A DNA stretch of 64,000 nt from Verrucomicrobiota bacterium (GCA_027622665.1 JAQBYT010000001.1:64001-128000); one strand, 5' to 3'. Positions 43,399 to 53,878 are shown, counted from the stretch's first letter. Numbers and translations are program-made. The notes: generated from the letters alone by a model not told the origin.

Positions 43399-46300
43399 AT
43401 GAAGATTTGCGCTTTGTTCTCTTTGTCTGCAATGGGAATGCTTCCTTTGACAGCTGCCCCCGGAGAACCACTTTTTCTCGAAACTTTGGAGACGAAAATA
43501 TCCCACATTTCCACCGACAACTCCATCAAGTACGACTACGACATCGTCTATGTTCGTGCCCAACGAGCGGGCGACGAAAAACACAAGCGCTACTACGCTG
43601 ACTTTTCACAGCCCATCACCATGGAACCAGGGGCAGATCTCATGCTTCTTCACCCGGACGGTTCCGAGGAACTGCTCGTTGCAGGGGGGCTAGGCTCAGT
43701 TACGGACCCCGTGGTTTCCTTCGACGGAAAGTGGGTCTATTACGTCAAGATTCACTACCTCGAAAAACGCAGTCAATGGAATCCTCCCGCCCAAGGCGCC
43801 GACATCTATAAGATCAATCTTAAATCGCGAAAAATCGTACAACTTACGGACCAAACCTTCGAGCCAAACCTAGGGGCGGCAAATTGGGCAACAGACTTTC
43901 GCACCCCCGAAAAAGGGAAAACCTATTATGAATACGGTGTCTACAACATGGGACCCTACCCTTTGCCAAACGGCAAAATCATTTTCACAAGTAACCGCCA
44001 CGGTTACAAACCATCCAACGGTTATCCCGCAATCGCCCTGCAGTTGTTTGTTATGGACGACTCCGATAAGGGGCTGGGCAAAAACATCGAGAAAATCGGC
44101 CACCTCAACGTCGCAGGAGCTCTGCACCCGGTAGTCCTTCGCGATGGTCGCGTAATATTCAGCAGCTTGGAATCGCAAGGTATCCGCAGCCGAATATCGT
44201 GGGGTATCTGGAGCATTCATCCCGACGGAACCTATTGGGAACCCGTCATCAGTGCATTCGATCCCGGAGGAGCCTCAAACGGCTTTCACTTTCAGACCCA
44301 GTTGAGTGATGGGTCTATTGTCATTGAGGAATACTACAACCAAAACAACAGTGGCTTTGGGGCCTATGTAAAGCTTCCCGAGCATCCCCCTTCGGGACAA
44401 CCTGCATTCGGTCCCGGTGATCGCAAGGATCCCCGCAACAAACCATGGCGCTTTGGCCGTCACTACAATGGGAAAGGCCGTTGGTATCGAATGGCATTTA
44501 TGCCAACAGGCTCGGTTTCGATGACGCCTTTTGCCCTCAATGGGGAAGGTCCCGCCGACCCTTCGGTATTGGCTGAGAAGAAATCGCCCAAGACGGGTAA
44601 GTTCACCCACCCATCGGGAGCCCCCGACAACCACATGCTGACCATTTATTCGCCTGGGCCGGTCAATCACCAGTACGCTTACCTGCCTCAACTTGACGGG
44701 GGCATTTACCTCTTGAAAAACGGGGAAGTGATCGATGAACCCGGAAAACTCCTGCTAATCAAGAATGATAACAAGTACAACGAGTCCTGGCCTCGAGCCG
44801 TGGTTCCATATGAAAGGATCTATGGAGTAAAGGAACCCGCCGACCTCCCCGCCTTGGCCAACGATGGCTCGGAATCCAAGGATTTGCCCGAAAGTACGCC
44901 ATTTGGCTTCGTCGGCGGTTCGAGCCTATATAAAAGAGGCAGCTATCCCGACGGCACCGTACCGGAAGGTTCCGTAACCGCGTCCTATCCGGGCGGTAAG
45001 GATCCATGGAAAGGCTTGGATGCGTTCACTAGTCACGGAAACGGCATGCCCATTAACTGGCACAACCAAGGAGCCGATGCCGGGCTCTATGAAAACGAAG
45101 CCATTCATGCCATTCGCATTCTCCTGATGGATCCAACCACGGATCGTCATAGAGGAGACAAGCAAGGCCGTTTGTTCTACAACCATGCCAGCGAAAGATT
45201 GCGTATCGCGGGAGAAATACCCGTGCGGAAATTCAAGCAGGATGGTTCTCAATCAAAGGATCCCGACGGCAATCCCGATACTAGTTTCATGGCCAAGATT
45301 CCCGCCGACACGCCCTTTACTTTCCAAACAATCGACAAGCGAGGAATGGTCCTCAACTCCTCGCAAACTTGGCACCAACTTCGACCCGGGGAAATACGCA
45401 ACAACTGCGGCGGATGTCATGCTCACAGCCAAAACCCAACGGATTTCACCCTCACTCTCGCATCCAAGTCCGACTATAAAGTTTGGGACTTGGTAACATC
45501 AACACCCCTCGTTACCTCGAAAAAACACGATCACACCAATAAACGCTGGGACACGAAAGAATCCAGCGGTTTGCGATACTCAAAGAATGAGATCTACAAC
45601 GTCGAGTACTTCCGAGATGTGAAACCCATCTTGGACCGAAGTTGCGTGGCTTGTCATACGAAGAAATGGCAGAAGCCGGCGGGCAAGCTCGTCCTCGATG
45701 CGGACAACGAGGATAAACAGTTCGGGCATATCGGGAAATTTCCCGGCACCTACTACCGCTTGGCCCTCGATGAAAAGGCGGAGTTCGGCCACAAACCATT
45801 CGGTTACGACAGTTGGGGTTATCCGAACGCTTCACGCTATATACGTAAAATGCAGGCTCGGCGCAGTCTCCTCACATGGAAAATATTCGGTGACCGTCTG
45901 GATGGCTTTTCTAATGACGACCATCCTTCCGAACCAGAGCCCGGTTCGGGCAAGCTCGTCCTGAGAGGTGTGGAAATGGACGGCAAAAATTATCGTGCGA
46001 AATGGGATTTGGACTACCTCGGGAAACGCATGCCGCCACCTTCCGCCGTAGCTGGAACCTACGAAGCCCCCAACGGCAAATCCATCAAGGTGCCGGATCT
46101 AACCGAGGAGGATCGCTTCACCCTCGTCCGCTGGATCGACCTCGGCTGCCCGATCGATCTCGATTTCGATCCCGACAATCCGAAAGAAAGAGGTTATGGC
46201 TGGATGCTGGACGACGCACGCCCCACCCTCACGCTCTCCCATCCACTGCCAGGCGACAACTCACCTCTTGAGCGGATCCTTCTAGGTGCCCACGACTATG

Positions 46301-46548
46301 ACTCAGGTCTCGACTTGCCGAGCTTGTCCGTGGTCGCCGATTTCGACGTAGCAGGTCGCAAGTCAGGCGAAGATCTTGCTTCTCTCTTCAAGCCCAAGTC
46401 CCAAGGCGTCCATGAGCTTCGTCTCCCAAAAACCATCAAGCAACTCAAACAGGGACGCCTCGTCGTGACCATTCGCGACAAACAAGGCAACCAAACGAAA
46501 ATCGACCGCGTTTTCTCCATTGGAAGAAAAAAAACCGCTTTACGATAA
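43399..46548 (+). CDS. Secreted HzsA-like protein (beta-propeller, hydrazine synthase alpha middle domain-like region, two c-heme motifs)
   Basis: Signal peptide; propeller/TolB-like repeats (DPVVSFDGKW, PYPLPNGKIIFTSNR); SFMAKIPADTPFTFQTIDKRG..WHQLRPGEIRNNCGGCH; VKPILDRSCVACH. Confidence 0.7.
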   Translation: MKICALFSLSAMGMLPLTAAPGEPLFLETLETKISHISTDNSIKYDYDIVYVRAQRAGDEKHKRYYADFSQPITMEPGADLMLLHPDGSEELLVAGGLGSVTDPVVSFDGKWVYYVKIHYLEKRSQWNPPAQGADIYKINLKSRKIVQLTDQTFEPNLGAANWATDFRTPEKGKTYYEYGVYNMGPYPLPNGKIIFTSNRHGYKPSNGYPAIALQLFVMDDSDKGLGKNIEKIGHLNVAGALHPVVLRDGRVIFSSLESQGIRSRISWGIWSIHPDGTYWEPVISAFDPGGASNGFHFQTQLSDGSIVIEEYYNQNNSGFGAYVKLPEHPPSGQPAFGPGDRKDPRNKPWRFGRHYNGKGRWYRMAFMPTGSVSMTPFALNGEGPADPSVLAEKKSPKTGKFTHPSGAPDNHMLTIYSPGPVNHQYAYLPQLDGGIYLLKNGEVIDEPGKLLLIKNDNKYNESWPRAVVPYERIYGVKEPADLPALANDGSESKDLPESTPFGFVGGSSLYKRGSYPDGTVPEGSVTASYPGGKDPWKGLDAFTSHGNGMPINWHNQGADAGLYENEAIHAIRILLMDPTTDRHRGDKQGRLFYNHASERLRIAGEIPVRKFKQDGSQSKDPDGNPDTSFMAKIPADTPFTFQTIDKRGMVLNSSQTWHQLRPGEIRNNCGGCHAHSQNPTDFTLTLASKSDYKVWDLVTSTPLVTSKKHDHTNKRWDTKESSGLRYSKNEIYNVEYFRDVKPILDRSCVACHTKKWQKPAGKLVLDADNEDKQFGHIGKFPGTYYRLALDEKAEFGHKPFGYDSWGYPNASRYIRKMQARRSLLTWKIFGDRLDGFSNDDHPSEPEPGSGKLVLRGVEMDGKNYRAKWDLDYLGKRMPPPSAVAGTYEAPNGKSIKVPDLTEEDRFTLVRWIDLGCPIDLDFDPDNPKERGYGWMLDDARPTLTLSHPLPGDNSPLERILLGAHDYDSGLDLPSLSVVADFDVAGRKSGEDLASLFKPKSQGVHELRLPKTIKQLKQGRLVVTIRDKQGNQTKIDRVFSIGRKKTALR

Positions 46549-46572
46549 TCACTTTTTGCGGCTCCTAAACCC

Positions 46573-46602
46573 TTGCAACGGCACCTAGTTGCACGCTAAA
46601 AT
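46573..46602 (+). promoter_or_regulatory. Sigma70-type promoter, probably leaderless transcript
   Basis: TTGCAA-N18-TAAAAT-N7-ATG (ATG at 46610). Confidence 0.55.
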
Positions 46603-46609
46603 ATATTCG

Positions 46610-49480
46610 ATGAAATCCCCGACCATAGCCAGTTTCCTGTTCGTCGCATGCTTTGCGACGGCAACTACCGCATGGACCGAGGAAACGGCGGAAGGATTGG
46701 CTTTCTTCGAAAAGAAAATACGTCCTGTCTTGGCTGAGAGTTGCTACCAGTGTCATTCGGCCAAGGCGAAGAAACTCAAGGCGGATCTGTATCTGGACCG
46801 CAAGGCGGGTTGGGTGCATGGAGGGGAAAACGGAACTGTCGTGGTGCCGGGAAAACCCAGTGAAAGTCGTTTGCTTACGGCCATTCGATACAAGGACAAC
46901 GACTTGCGTATGCCTCCAAATAAAAAGTTGCCCAAGCATGTATTGTCCGATTTCGAAACATGGATCGCTATGGGAGCTCCAGATTCTCGAGACGCACCCA
47001 TGGAAGTTGCTCATGAAAGCAGTGGACCACAAAGCAAGAGCTTGGAGGAAGGTCGTGGATTCTGGGCTTTTCGGCCTTTGGTTGCTCCAGAACTACCAAA
47101 GGTCAACGACGGGACATGGGCTGCCGATGAGATTGACCATTTCGTCTTGGCCAACCTCGAAGAGAAGAATTTGAAACCCAACGCTCCGGCAAACAAAGCG
47201 ACCTTGCTTCGACGAACCTATTTCGACCTAACCGGCCTTCCTCCTACTCACGAACAAATCGATGCCTTTCATGCAGATGACTCATCCGAAGCCTTCGCCA
47301 AGGTGGTGGACGCTTTGCTCGACTCCCCGCGCTTCGGTGAACGATGGGGACGCCACTGGTTGGACGTGGCCCGCTATGCCGATACCACGGGTGGTGGTCG
47401 CAACTTCGCATTCCCTAATGCTCCCCGTTACCGAGAATATGTTATCCGGAGCTACAACGAGGACAAACCATTCGATCGATTCGTGAAGGAACAGGTTGCG
47501 GGCGACCTGCTTCACTCCTCCACAGATGCCGAGTACAACGAGAACCTCACGGGGTCGGGCTTCCTCGCCCTAGGACCACACAACTACGAACTGCAGGACA
47601 AGGCCTTGCTGCGAATGGAGATCGTGGACGAGCAAATCATCGCCGTGGGACGGGCTTTTCTAGGAGTTACCATGGGGTGCGCCCGTTGCCACGACCACCC
47701 CTTCGATCCCTTTCCCACCGACGAATATTATTCCCTCGCTGGAATATTCCGGAGCACGGACAGTTCGGTGCCCGGCAACGTGGCCAATTTCATCGAACGT
47801 GAACTCCGAGACGAATATGCCAACATTAGGGAAAAGCACTCCGAAATGCAAAAGACTTGGGAAGCCGACCTGAAGCAAGCGGAGAACAAACTGAAATCTC
47901 TGGGTGGTAAAGCCAGTTCCGGCAAAGACCCCGCAAAGTCCCTTGATCCCAAGAAACTTGAGGGCATTGTGGTCGATGACGATGAAGCCAAAATCGTTGG
48001 AGAATGGGTTTCCTCCACTTCCAACACAGGTTATGTCGGCACCCGCTACATTCACGATGCCGCTATCGGCAAAGGCAAGAAATCGGTCACCTTTCCCGCC
48101 ATGATACCAAAGTCCGGGAAATATGAAGTTCAGCTTTCCTACACCATGGGGACAAATCGCGCCCAAAAGGTTCCGGTCGCCATCATGCATGACGTCGGTG
48201 AGAAAAAGGTATTAATCGATCAAACCAAACGCCCACCTATTTTAGGTTCGTTCGTCTCTCTTGGAACCTTTCATTTCGAAGAAGGGAAATGGGATGTGGT
48301 AAAGGTCACCACCGAGGCCACCACCCAAGTCGTCATAGTCGATGCCATCCGATTGTTGCCCGAAGAAGACAACAAAGTCGTACCGACGGTGGCAACGAAT
48401 AACAAATCTGCACCCACAAAAAGTAAACAAGAACAAGCAACCGCCAAAGCCCGAAAAAAGGAGATGGAGGTTCTTGTCGACAACCTGAAGAAGCAAATTG
48501 AAAAGCATAAGAAGGACGCCCCTCCGAAAGTGGGCAAAGTGATGTCCGTTCGTGAACACAAGGAAGCTGGCGACTGGCACATTCATCGTCGCGGCGGCAT
48601 TCGCAATTTGGGACCTTACGTGAAGCGCGGGTTCCTCGCCGTGGCGACGCCCGAAAACCTTTCGCCCAAGCCGGAAATCCCAAAAGGCGCCAGCGGAAGA
48701 CTCCAACTCGCAGAATGGATGGCATCCTCCAAGAATCCGCTTACCTCTCGCGTATACGTCAACCGCGTCTGGAGACATCTTTTTGGACGAGGCATTGTAC
48801 CCACCCTAGACAATTTCGGCGAAATGGGAACACGCCCCACGCATCCAAAACTGCTGGATCACTTGGCCACATCTTTCATGGAAAACGAATGGTCTACCAA
48901 GAAAATCATTCGCAAGATAATGCTTTCCAAAACTTACCGCATGTCATCCTTGGAAACAGTCCAAGCACTTGGGGCAGACCCGCAAAACGATCTCTTTTCT
49001 CGTCAGAATCGACGGCGGCTCGAGGTGGAGGCGATTCGGGACGCCATGTTGGTGGCAAGTGGGCAACTGGACGATTCCGGGGAAAGCATCAACAAGAAAC
49101 GCTCCATGTTCGAGAAACTGGACCGCAATCGCATCCCTGAGATGTTCAATGTCTTCGATTACCCAAATCCTGGGCTCGTATCAGGCAACCGAAACACCAG
49201 CACGGTCCCCACCCAAGCCCTGTTCATGATGAACAGCGATTTCGTTCTCAATGAAGCAAAGGCAGCAGCATCCAAAATACTCGAAGTGGAGGGATTGAAC
49301 GACCAGCAAAGACTCGTTCTGGCCTACAAGACCGCCTTGGGAAGAATTCCCAGTGAAACGGAAAACTCGCTTGCCTTGGCCTATCTCAAGAAACAGGATG
49401 GAGACACAAACCAGCAAGATACTTGGGCTGGCATCCTTCATGGAATTTTTGCCTGTCTCGACTTTCGCTACCTGAACTGA
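46610..49480 (+). CDS. Planctomycete cytochrome c / DUF1549 / DUF1553 protein with a Golvesin/xanthan-lyase-type carbohydrate-binding insert
   Basis: FFEKKIRPVL..CYQCH, FWAF, GERWGRHWLDVARYAD, CARCHDH, NPLTSRVYVNRVW, RRLEVEAIRDAML, PTQALF. Insert runs GIVVDDDEA..GEW..GKYEV..VDAI. Confidence 0.88.
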   Translation: MKSPTIASFLFVACFATATTAWTEETAEGLAFFEKKIRPVLAESCYQCHSAKAKKLKADLYLDRKAGWVHGGENGTVVVPGKPSESRLLTAIRYKDNDLRMPPNKKLPKHVLSDFETWIAMGAPDSRDAPMEVAHESSGPQSKSLEEGRGFWAFRPLVAPELPKVNDGTWAADEIDHFVLANLEEKNLKPNAPANKATLLRRTYFDLTGLPPTHEQIDAFHADDSSEAFAKVVDALLDSPRFGERWGRHWLDVARYADTTGGGRNFAFPNAPRYREYVIRSYNEDKPFDRFVKEQVAGDLLHSSTDAEYNENLTGSGFLALGPHNYELQDKALLRMEIVDEQIIAVGRAFLGVTMGCARCHDHPFDPFPTDEYYSLAGIFRSTDSSVPGNVANFIERELRDEYANIREKHSEMQKTWEADLKQAENKLKSLGGKASSGKDPAKSLDPKKLEGIVVDDDEAKIVGEWVSSTSNTGYVGTRYIHDAAIGKGKKSVTFPAMIPKSGKYEVQLSYTMGTNRAQKVPVAIMHDVGEKKVLIDQTKRPPILGSFVSLGTFHFEEGKWDVVKVTTEATTQVVIVDAIRLLPEEDNKVVPTVATNNKSAPTKSKQEQATAKARKKEMEVLVDNLKKQIEKHKKDAPPKVGKVMSVREHKEAGDWHIHRRGGIRNLGPYVKRGFLAVATPENLSPKPEIPKGASGRLQLAEWMASSKNPLTSRVYVNRVWRHLFGRGIVPTLDNFGEMGTRPTHPKLLDHLATSFMENEWSTKKIIRKIMLSKTYRMSSLETVQALGADPQNDLFSRQNRRRLEVEAIRDAMLVASGQLDDSGESINKKRSMFEKLDRNRIPEMFNVFDYPNPGLVSGNRNTSTVPTQALFMMNSDFVLNEAKAAASKILEVEGLNDQQRLVLAYKTALGRIPSETENSLALAYLKKQDGDTNQQDTWAGILHGIFACLDFRYLN

Positions 49481-49492
49481 AACCTGAAAACC

Positions 49493-50908
49493 ATGCACCA
49501 ACTCGGCCAATCGTTCACACGTCGCCAAATGCTAAAGAGCGCGGCTTGTGGCTTTGGTTCACTGGCTTTGGCCGGCATGCAAGGAGCCCATGCTCTTTCG
49601 GGGAATCCTTTGGCTGCAAAGACCTCCCTCATCCAGCAGCGAGCCAAGCGCGTGATCTTTATCTTCATGTCGGGGGGGCCCAGTCATGTCGACACCTTCG
49701 ACTACAAGCCTGAGCTAATAGCCAAGGACGGCAAGGACATCGATTTCGTGGGCGTCCGCACAGATACTTTCGGCAAACAGAGCAATCGTCGATTGATGAA
49801 ACCTCTTTGGGATTTCAAGCAATATGGTGAATGCGGGCAACACGTCTCCTCTATCTTTCCCCACATCGCCAGCCAAGTCGACGACTTGGCGTTCATCCAC
49901 TCGATGCACACGGAGGGCGTAGCTCACGGCCCGTCCACGCTGTTCCTCCATACAGGAGCAACCAACTTAGTGCGGCCCTCAATGGGGAGTTGGATTTCAT
50001 ACGGTCTTGGCACTGAAAACGAAAACCTCCCTGCCTTCATCACCATTTCTCCGTCCGCAGGCAAAGGCGGCCCACGCAACTACGGAAACTCTTTCCTCCC
50101 CTCCATCCACCAAGGCACGGCCATCGGACGAGCAGGGAGCACAAATGACGCTAAAATCAGGAACGTCGACAACGCCATACTCAACGCCGCCCAACGGCGT
50201 CAGCGTTTCGATTTCTTGCAACAATTGAATGCCGAACAAGCAGGTCGCTCTCCTTCCGACGATCGTTTAGATGCCACCATCAAGACATATGAACTTGCTT
50301 GGCGCATGCAAATGGAGGCCCCCGAACTTACGGATATTTCAAAGGAGACGGAGGCCACCAAACATATTTACGGCATTGGTGAAAAGAAAACTGACAATTT
50401 CGGCAAGCAATGCCTGCTTGCCCGAAGGATGGTCGAACGAGGCGTTCGGTATGTCTCCGTAAATTATTCAGACGAATCCAGTAATCCGCGCTGGGACCAG
50501 CACAGCAACATGCCCAAGCATGCCGATCACGCCAAGGCCACTGACAAACCCGTGGCGGGATTATTGCGTGACCTGAAGGCGAGAGGATTACTCGAAGACA
50601 CCCTCGTCTGGTGGGGCGGCGAATTCGGTCGGACGCCTTTTGCCCAAAGCAAGGATGGTCGAGACCACAATCCCCGAGGATTCACCGTGTTCCTCGCCGG
50701 GGGTGGCATCAAATCAGGGATTTCCTACGGGGCCACGGATGAAATTGGTAGCGTGGCCGTTGAAAACCGTGTTCATATGCACGATCTCCATGCCACTATC
50801 CTACATGCCCTTGGCTTGGATCACGAAAAGCTAACTTACCCATACGCGGGGCGTAATTTTCGTCTCACCGACGTGGCGGGACGGGTTGTCCACGATCTCT
50901 TCGCCTGA
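49493..50908 (+). CDS. DUF1501 family protein (Tat signal)
   Basis: TRRQMLK, FMSGGPSHVDTFDYKP, WDQH, GEFGRTP, GRDHN, HDLHATILH. Confidence 0.9.
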   Translation: MHQLGQSFTRRQMLKSAACGFGSLALAGMQGAHALSGNPLAAKTSLIQQRAKRVIFIFMSGGPSHVDTFDYKPELIAKDGKDIDFVGVRTDTFGKQSNRRLMKPLWDFKQYGECGQHVSSIFPHIASQVDDLAFIHSMHTEGVAHGPSTLFLHTGATNLVRPSMGSWISYGLGTENENLPAFITISPSAGKGGPRNYGNSFLPSIHQGTAIGRAGSTNDAKIRNVDNAILNAAQRRQRFDFLQQLNAEQAGRSPSDDRLDATIKTYELAWRMQMEAPELTDISKETEATKHIYGIGEKKTDNFGKQCLLARRMVERGVRYVSVNYSDESSNPRWDQHSNMPKHADHAKATDKPVAGLLRDLKARGLLEDTLVWWGGEFGRTPFAQSKDGRDHNPRGFTVFLAGGGIKSGISYGATDEIGSVAVENRVHMHDLHATILHALGLDHEKLTYPYAGRNFRLTDVAGRVVHDLFA

Positions 50909-50961
50909 ACCCTCCTTTCGCAGCTTGCCCTCTCCGAAGGGTATGATTAAATCCTGACAGT

Positions 50962-51951
50962 ATGAAGGCTATTATCTTGCACGCGCACGGTGGTCCTGAA
51001 CTCTTTCGCATCGAGGACCGACCGAAACCCGAGATAAAACCAGGACATGTCTTGATTCGGGTCGCTGCATCCAGCGTAAATCCAGTCGACTTCAAGATCA
51101 GGCAAGGGTTGATTCCCATCGGTCCCGAACTACCCGGAATCCTCCACGGGGACATGTCGGGTACTGTCGAGGAGGTCGGTGAAGGAGTGGAAGGTTTTAC
51201 GGAAGGAGACGAAGTGTACGGATGCATTGGCGGATTCAAGGATTTACCCGGAGTCTTGGCCGACTACGCCCTTGCCGATGCCCGCCTGTTGGCAAGGAAA
51301 CCAACGAATCTCTCAATGATAGAGGCCGCCGCACTACCCTTGGTCACCATAACGGCTTGGAACGCCCTCATGGACAGAGCCCAGGTCTCAGAAGGGCAAA
51401 GAGTACTTGTTCATGCCGCCGCCGGTGGCGTGGGCCATATTGCGCTTCAAATCGCCAAGGCTGCTGGAGCCGAGGTGCACGTCACTGCATCGAGTGAGGA
51501 GAAGATCGCACTCGGCAGGGAACTTGGTGCCGACGTAGGCATCAACTACAAAGAGGCAACGGTCGAGGAATACGTCGCCGCCCACACAAATGGAGAAGGT
51601 TACGACGTCGTTTTCGACACCGTGGGAACCACTAGACTCGACGATTCCTTCCAAGCCGCCAAAATCGGCGGTACAGTTGTCTCCATCGCAGCTCGCTCCA
51701 CCCATGACCTCACGCATGTACATGTGCGAGCCCTCACCCTGCACGTCGTCTTCATGCTACTACCCCTCGCCCGCAACATCGGACGCGAACACCATGGAGC
51801 AATCTTGCGACAAGCTACTCAATTGGTCGAAGCTGGTAAGCTACGACCTCATTTGCACACCGAGGTATTCCCTTTCGAACGAGTTGGCGATGCTCATGCC
51901 CTCCTGGAATCTGGCGGGACGTTTGGTAAAATCGTCCTTTCGAATAGTTAG
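50962..51951 (+). CDS. MDR-family NADPH:quinone oxidoreductase / zinc-binding alcohol dehydrogenase-like protein
   Basis: SVNPVD, EAAALPLVTITAW, HAAAGGVG, GKIVL. Confidence 0.88.
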   Translation: MKAIILHAHGGPELFRIEDRPKPEIKPGHVLIRVAASSVNPVDFKIRQGLIPIGPELPGILHGDMSGTVEEVGEGVEGFTEGDEVYGCIGGFKDLPGVLADYALADARLLARKPTNLSMIEAAALPLVTITAWNALMDRAQVSEGQRVLVHAAAGGVGHIALQIAKAAGAEVHVTASSEEKIALGRELGADVGINYKEATVEEYVAAHTNGEGYDVVFDTVGTTRLDDSFQAAKIGGTVVSIAARSTHDLTHVHVRALTLHVVFMLLPLARNIGREHHGAILRQATQLVEAGKLRPHLHTEVFPFERVGDAHALLESGGTFGKIVLSNS

Positions 51952-52004
51952 ATTCGGCTTTCAGCTTGCGACTGGCGTAAGTCGTCCTAAATTATCCAAA
52001 TGGG

Positions 52005-53075
52005 ATGAGGCAAATAATCCACATCGATCAAGATTGTTTCTATGCATCGGTCGAGATGCGGGACAATCCAAACTTAAAAGGAATCCCATTGGGTATCGCA
52101 GGACTGGGTCAAAGGAGTGTTCTTACGACATGCAATTACGAAGCAAGGGCATTTGGTTGCCATTCCGCCATGCCTACCTTCAAAGCAATTGAGAGATGCC
52201 CGAATCTTCGTTTGGTTGCACCTAATTTTAAAAAATATCAGGCGGTTGCTCACCAAATCAGAAAAATATTCAAAGAATACACGGAATTGGTCGAACCACT
52301 GTCGTTAGATGAAGCTTATCTCGATGTATCTGCTAACAAGATAATAGCCACTGAAATTGCACGAGAAATTCGGCAAAGAATACAAAAAGAGCTCGGATTA
52401 CCTTCCTCCGCTGGAATCGGACCGAACAAGATGTTGGCAAAAATTGCAAGCGACTGGCATAAGCCAAACGGCCAGTTCGAGATTATCGAGGAGAAGGTAG
52501 CGAGCTTCATGCAAAAACTACCTGTTCGCAAACTCTGGGGAGTTGGCCCAAAGACAGAACAACAATTAATCAAACTGGGCATTCAGACCTGTGGCGATAT
52601 GCAACCCATTTCCTTATCGGAATTAATCCGTAGGTTCGGAAAATTCGGTGCAGAGTTGCACAACTTGGCCCGAGGGAAAGACGAACGGTCTGTACAACCA
52701 CATCGCGAACGAAAGTCCATAAGTGTGGAGCGAACTTTTGGTGACTTCATAACAGGTCTTGAGACTGCCTCGGAGAAGGTAAAGCTTCTCTATGAAGAGT
52801 TATATTCTGAAATTTTATATAAGGATAAATATAATTTCACATCAGGGATATTCGTGAAGATTAAATTTAGTGACTTCTCAGTTACTACTGTCAGTAAGAC
52901 CGGCCCTTCTCCATCCTTTGAAAGCTTTTTCGGCCTGTTAGAGAAAGGGATACAGAGAAACTCTAATCCAATCCGCCTACTTGGTCTAGGCGTCCGCCTA
53001 CACTCGATTATTAATAAAATCAGTCAGCTTGAATTCATCGATTTTCTTGATCCGATTAACCTAGATCATCCTTAG
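52005..53075 (+). CDS. dinB: DNA polymerase IV
   Basis: IIHIDQDCFYASVE, NYEARAFG, SLDEAYLD, LAKIASDWHKPNG, IRLLGL. Confidence 0.95.
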   Translation: MRQIIHIDQDCFYASVEMRDNPNLKGIPLGIAGLGQRSVLTTCNYEARAFGCHSAMPTFKAIERCPNLRLVAPNFKKYQAVAHQIRKIFKEYTELVEPLSLDEAYLDVSANKIIATEIAREIRQRIQKELGLPSSAGIGPNKMLAKIASDWHKPNGQFEIIEEKVASFMQKLPVRKLWGVGPKTEQQLIKLGIQTCGDMQPISLSELIRRFGKFGAELHNLARGKDERSVQPHRERKSISVERTFGDFITGLETASEKVKLLYEELYSEILYKDKYNFTSGIFVKIKFSDFSVTTVSKTGPSPSFESFFGLLEKGIQRNSNPIRLLGLGVRLHSIINKISQLEFIDFLDPINLDHP

Positions 53076-53208
53076 ATTCACCCCAAGTTTCAGAATGTTT
53101 TATTTTTGGTATATCCGTAGTTATCCGTCCTGTATTTTTTCTGCTTAGAAATCTACCTTTTTGCCGAATTTATTTAAATTACTTCTCACTGTTATCAGAT
53201 CCTTTCGC

Positions 53209-53652
53209 ATGAATCTCTCTTGTTCTGAATACAAAAAAACGACGGGTTATGTCTTTTTTGTTTTGTGTTACTTGTTTTTTAGCAATTGTGCCCCGTTACC
53301 GGAAAACGCTCCCTCCAGTCGTCTGAAAGCTGCGAATAGAGCCCTAGAGGTTGGGAAGATTGATAAGGAAACTTATTTCCGTGTTGTTATTGCTGCCGAA
53401 CTTGAACAAGGCCGCAAAAACTTCGAGGAGAGGTACTTCTTGATGGCTCGGTCTCGGGAAAGCGAACTCCTGCTAGACCCACCTGCTCATACAAACTTGT
53501 ACAAACGCCTAGAGGATGCGTGCAAAACGGAAGAAATCTCGGAAGACGCCTTTAAGGAGTTATGGGGGTACGTCCGTATCCTTCAATCAGAATGGAACAG
53601 TAGACGCACAAAGGTTTCCAAAGAGCGTTTTCGCTGGGGTTATCCGGGTTAA
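53209..53652 (+). CDS. Hypothetical protein, possible lipoprotein
   Basis: Hydrophobic N-terminal stretch ending FFSNC; no family recognised. Confidence 0.5.
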   Translation: MNLSCSEYKKTTGYVFFVLCYLFFSNCAPLPENAPSSRLKAANRALEVGKIDKETYFRVVIAAELEQGRKNFEERYFLMARSRESELLLDPPAHTNLYKRLEDACKTEEISEDAFKELWGYVRILQSEWNSRRTKVSKERFRWGYPG

Positions 53653-53830
53653 GGGAGTCCATTCCTCCTCTGACTCTAGCTATGACACGAACTGGTCTTG
53701 CCTGTTCAAGACATTTCAGTGATATTTATAACTTCGTTCTTTAAACAGTCTTTACACGCCTTCAACCGCATCCATAGACAATCCGTTAAACCGGATTACC
53801 AACCGAGCGCGAGAGCAGCTACGGTGGTCC

Positions 53831-53878
53831 ATGGTCCAATATACCGGGATGCGCGGTTTCCGGCGTAACCGAAAATAG
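53831..53878 (+). CDS. Putative leader peptide MVQYTGMRGFRRNRK (frame is open upstream to 53732)
   Basis: Short Arg-rich ORF ending about 30 nt before a terminator hairpin that precedes the 53975 gene. Confidence 0.45.
   Translation: MVQYTGMRGFRRNRK

Noticed and set aside
43399..46548. Hydrazine synthase / anammox capability
   Set aside because: Only an alpha-subunit-like domain is present. No beta/gamma subunits or HAO-like multiheme genes are in the window, and such homologues are common in non-anammox PVC bacteria.
46579..46593. Sigma54 promoter (CGGCACCTAGTTGCA) before the DUF1553 cytochrome gene
   Set aside because: Spacing is GG-N9-GC rather than the strict N10, and a sigma70-type leaderless promoter fits better.
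51952..52004. SOS (LexA) box upstream of dinB
   Set aside because: No TGTTC-N4-GAACA (reported Verrucomicrobia motif) or CTGT-N8-ACAG palindrome is visible; only a sigma70-like TTGCGA-N16-TAAATT.
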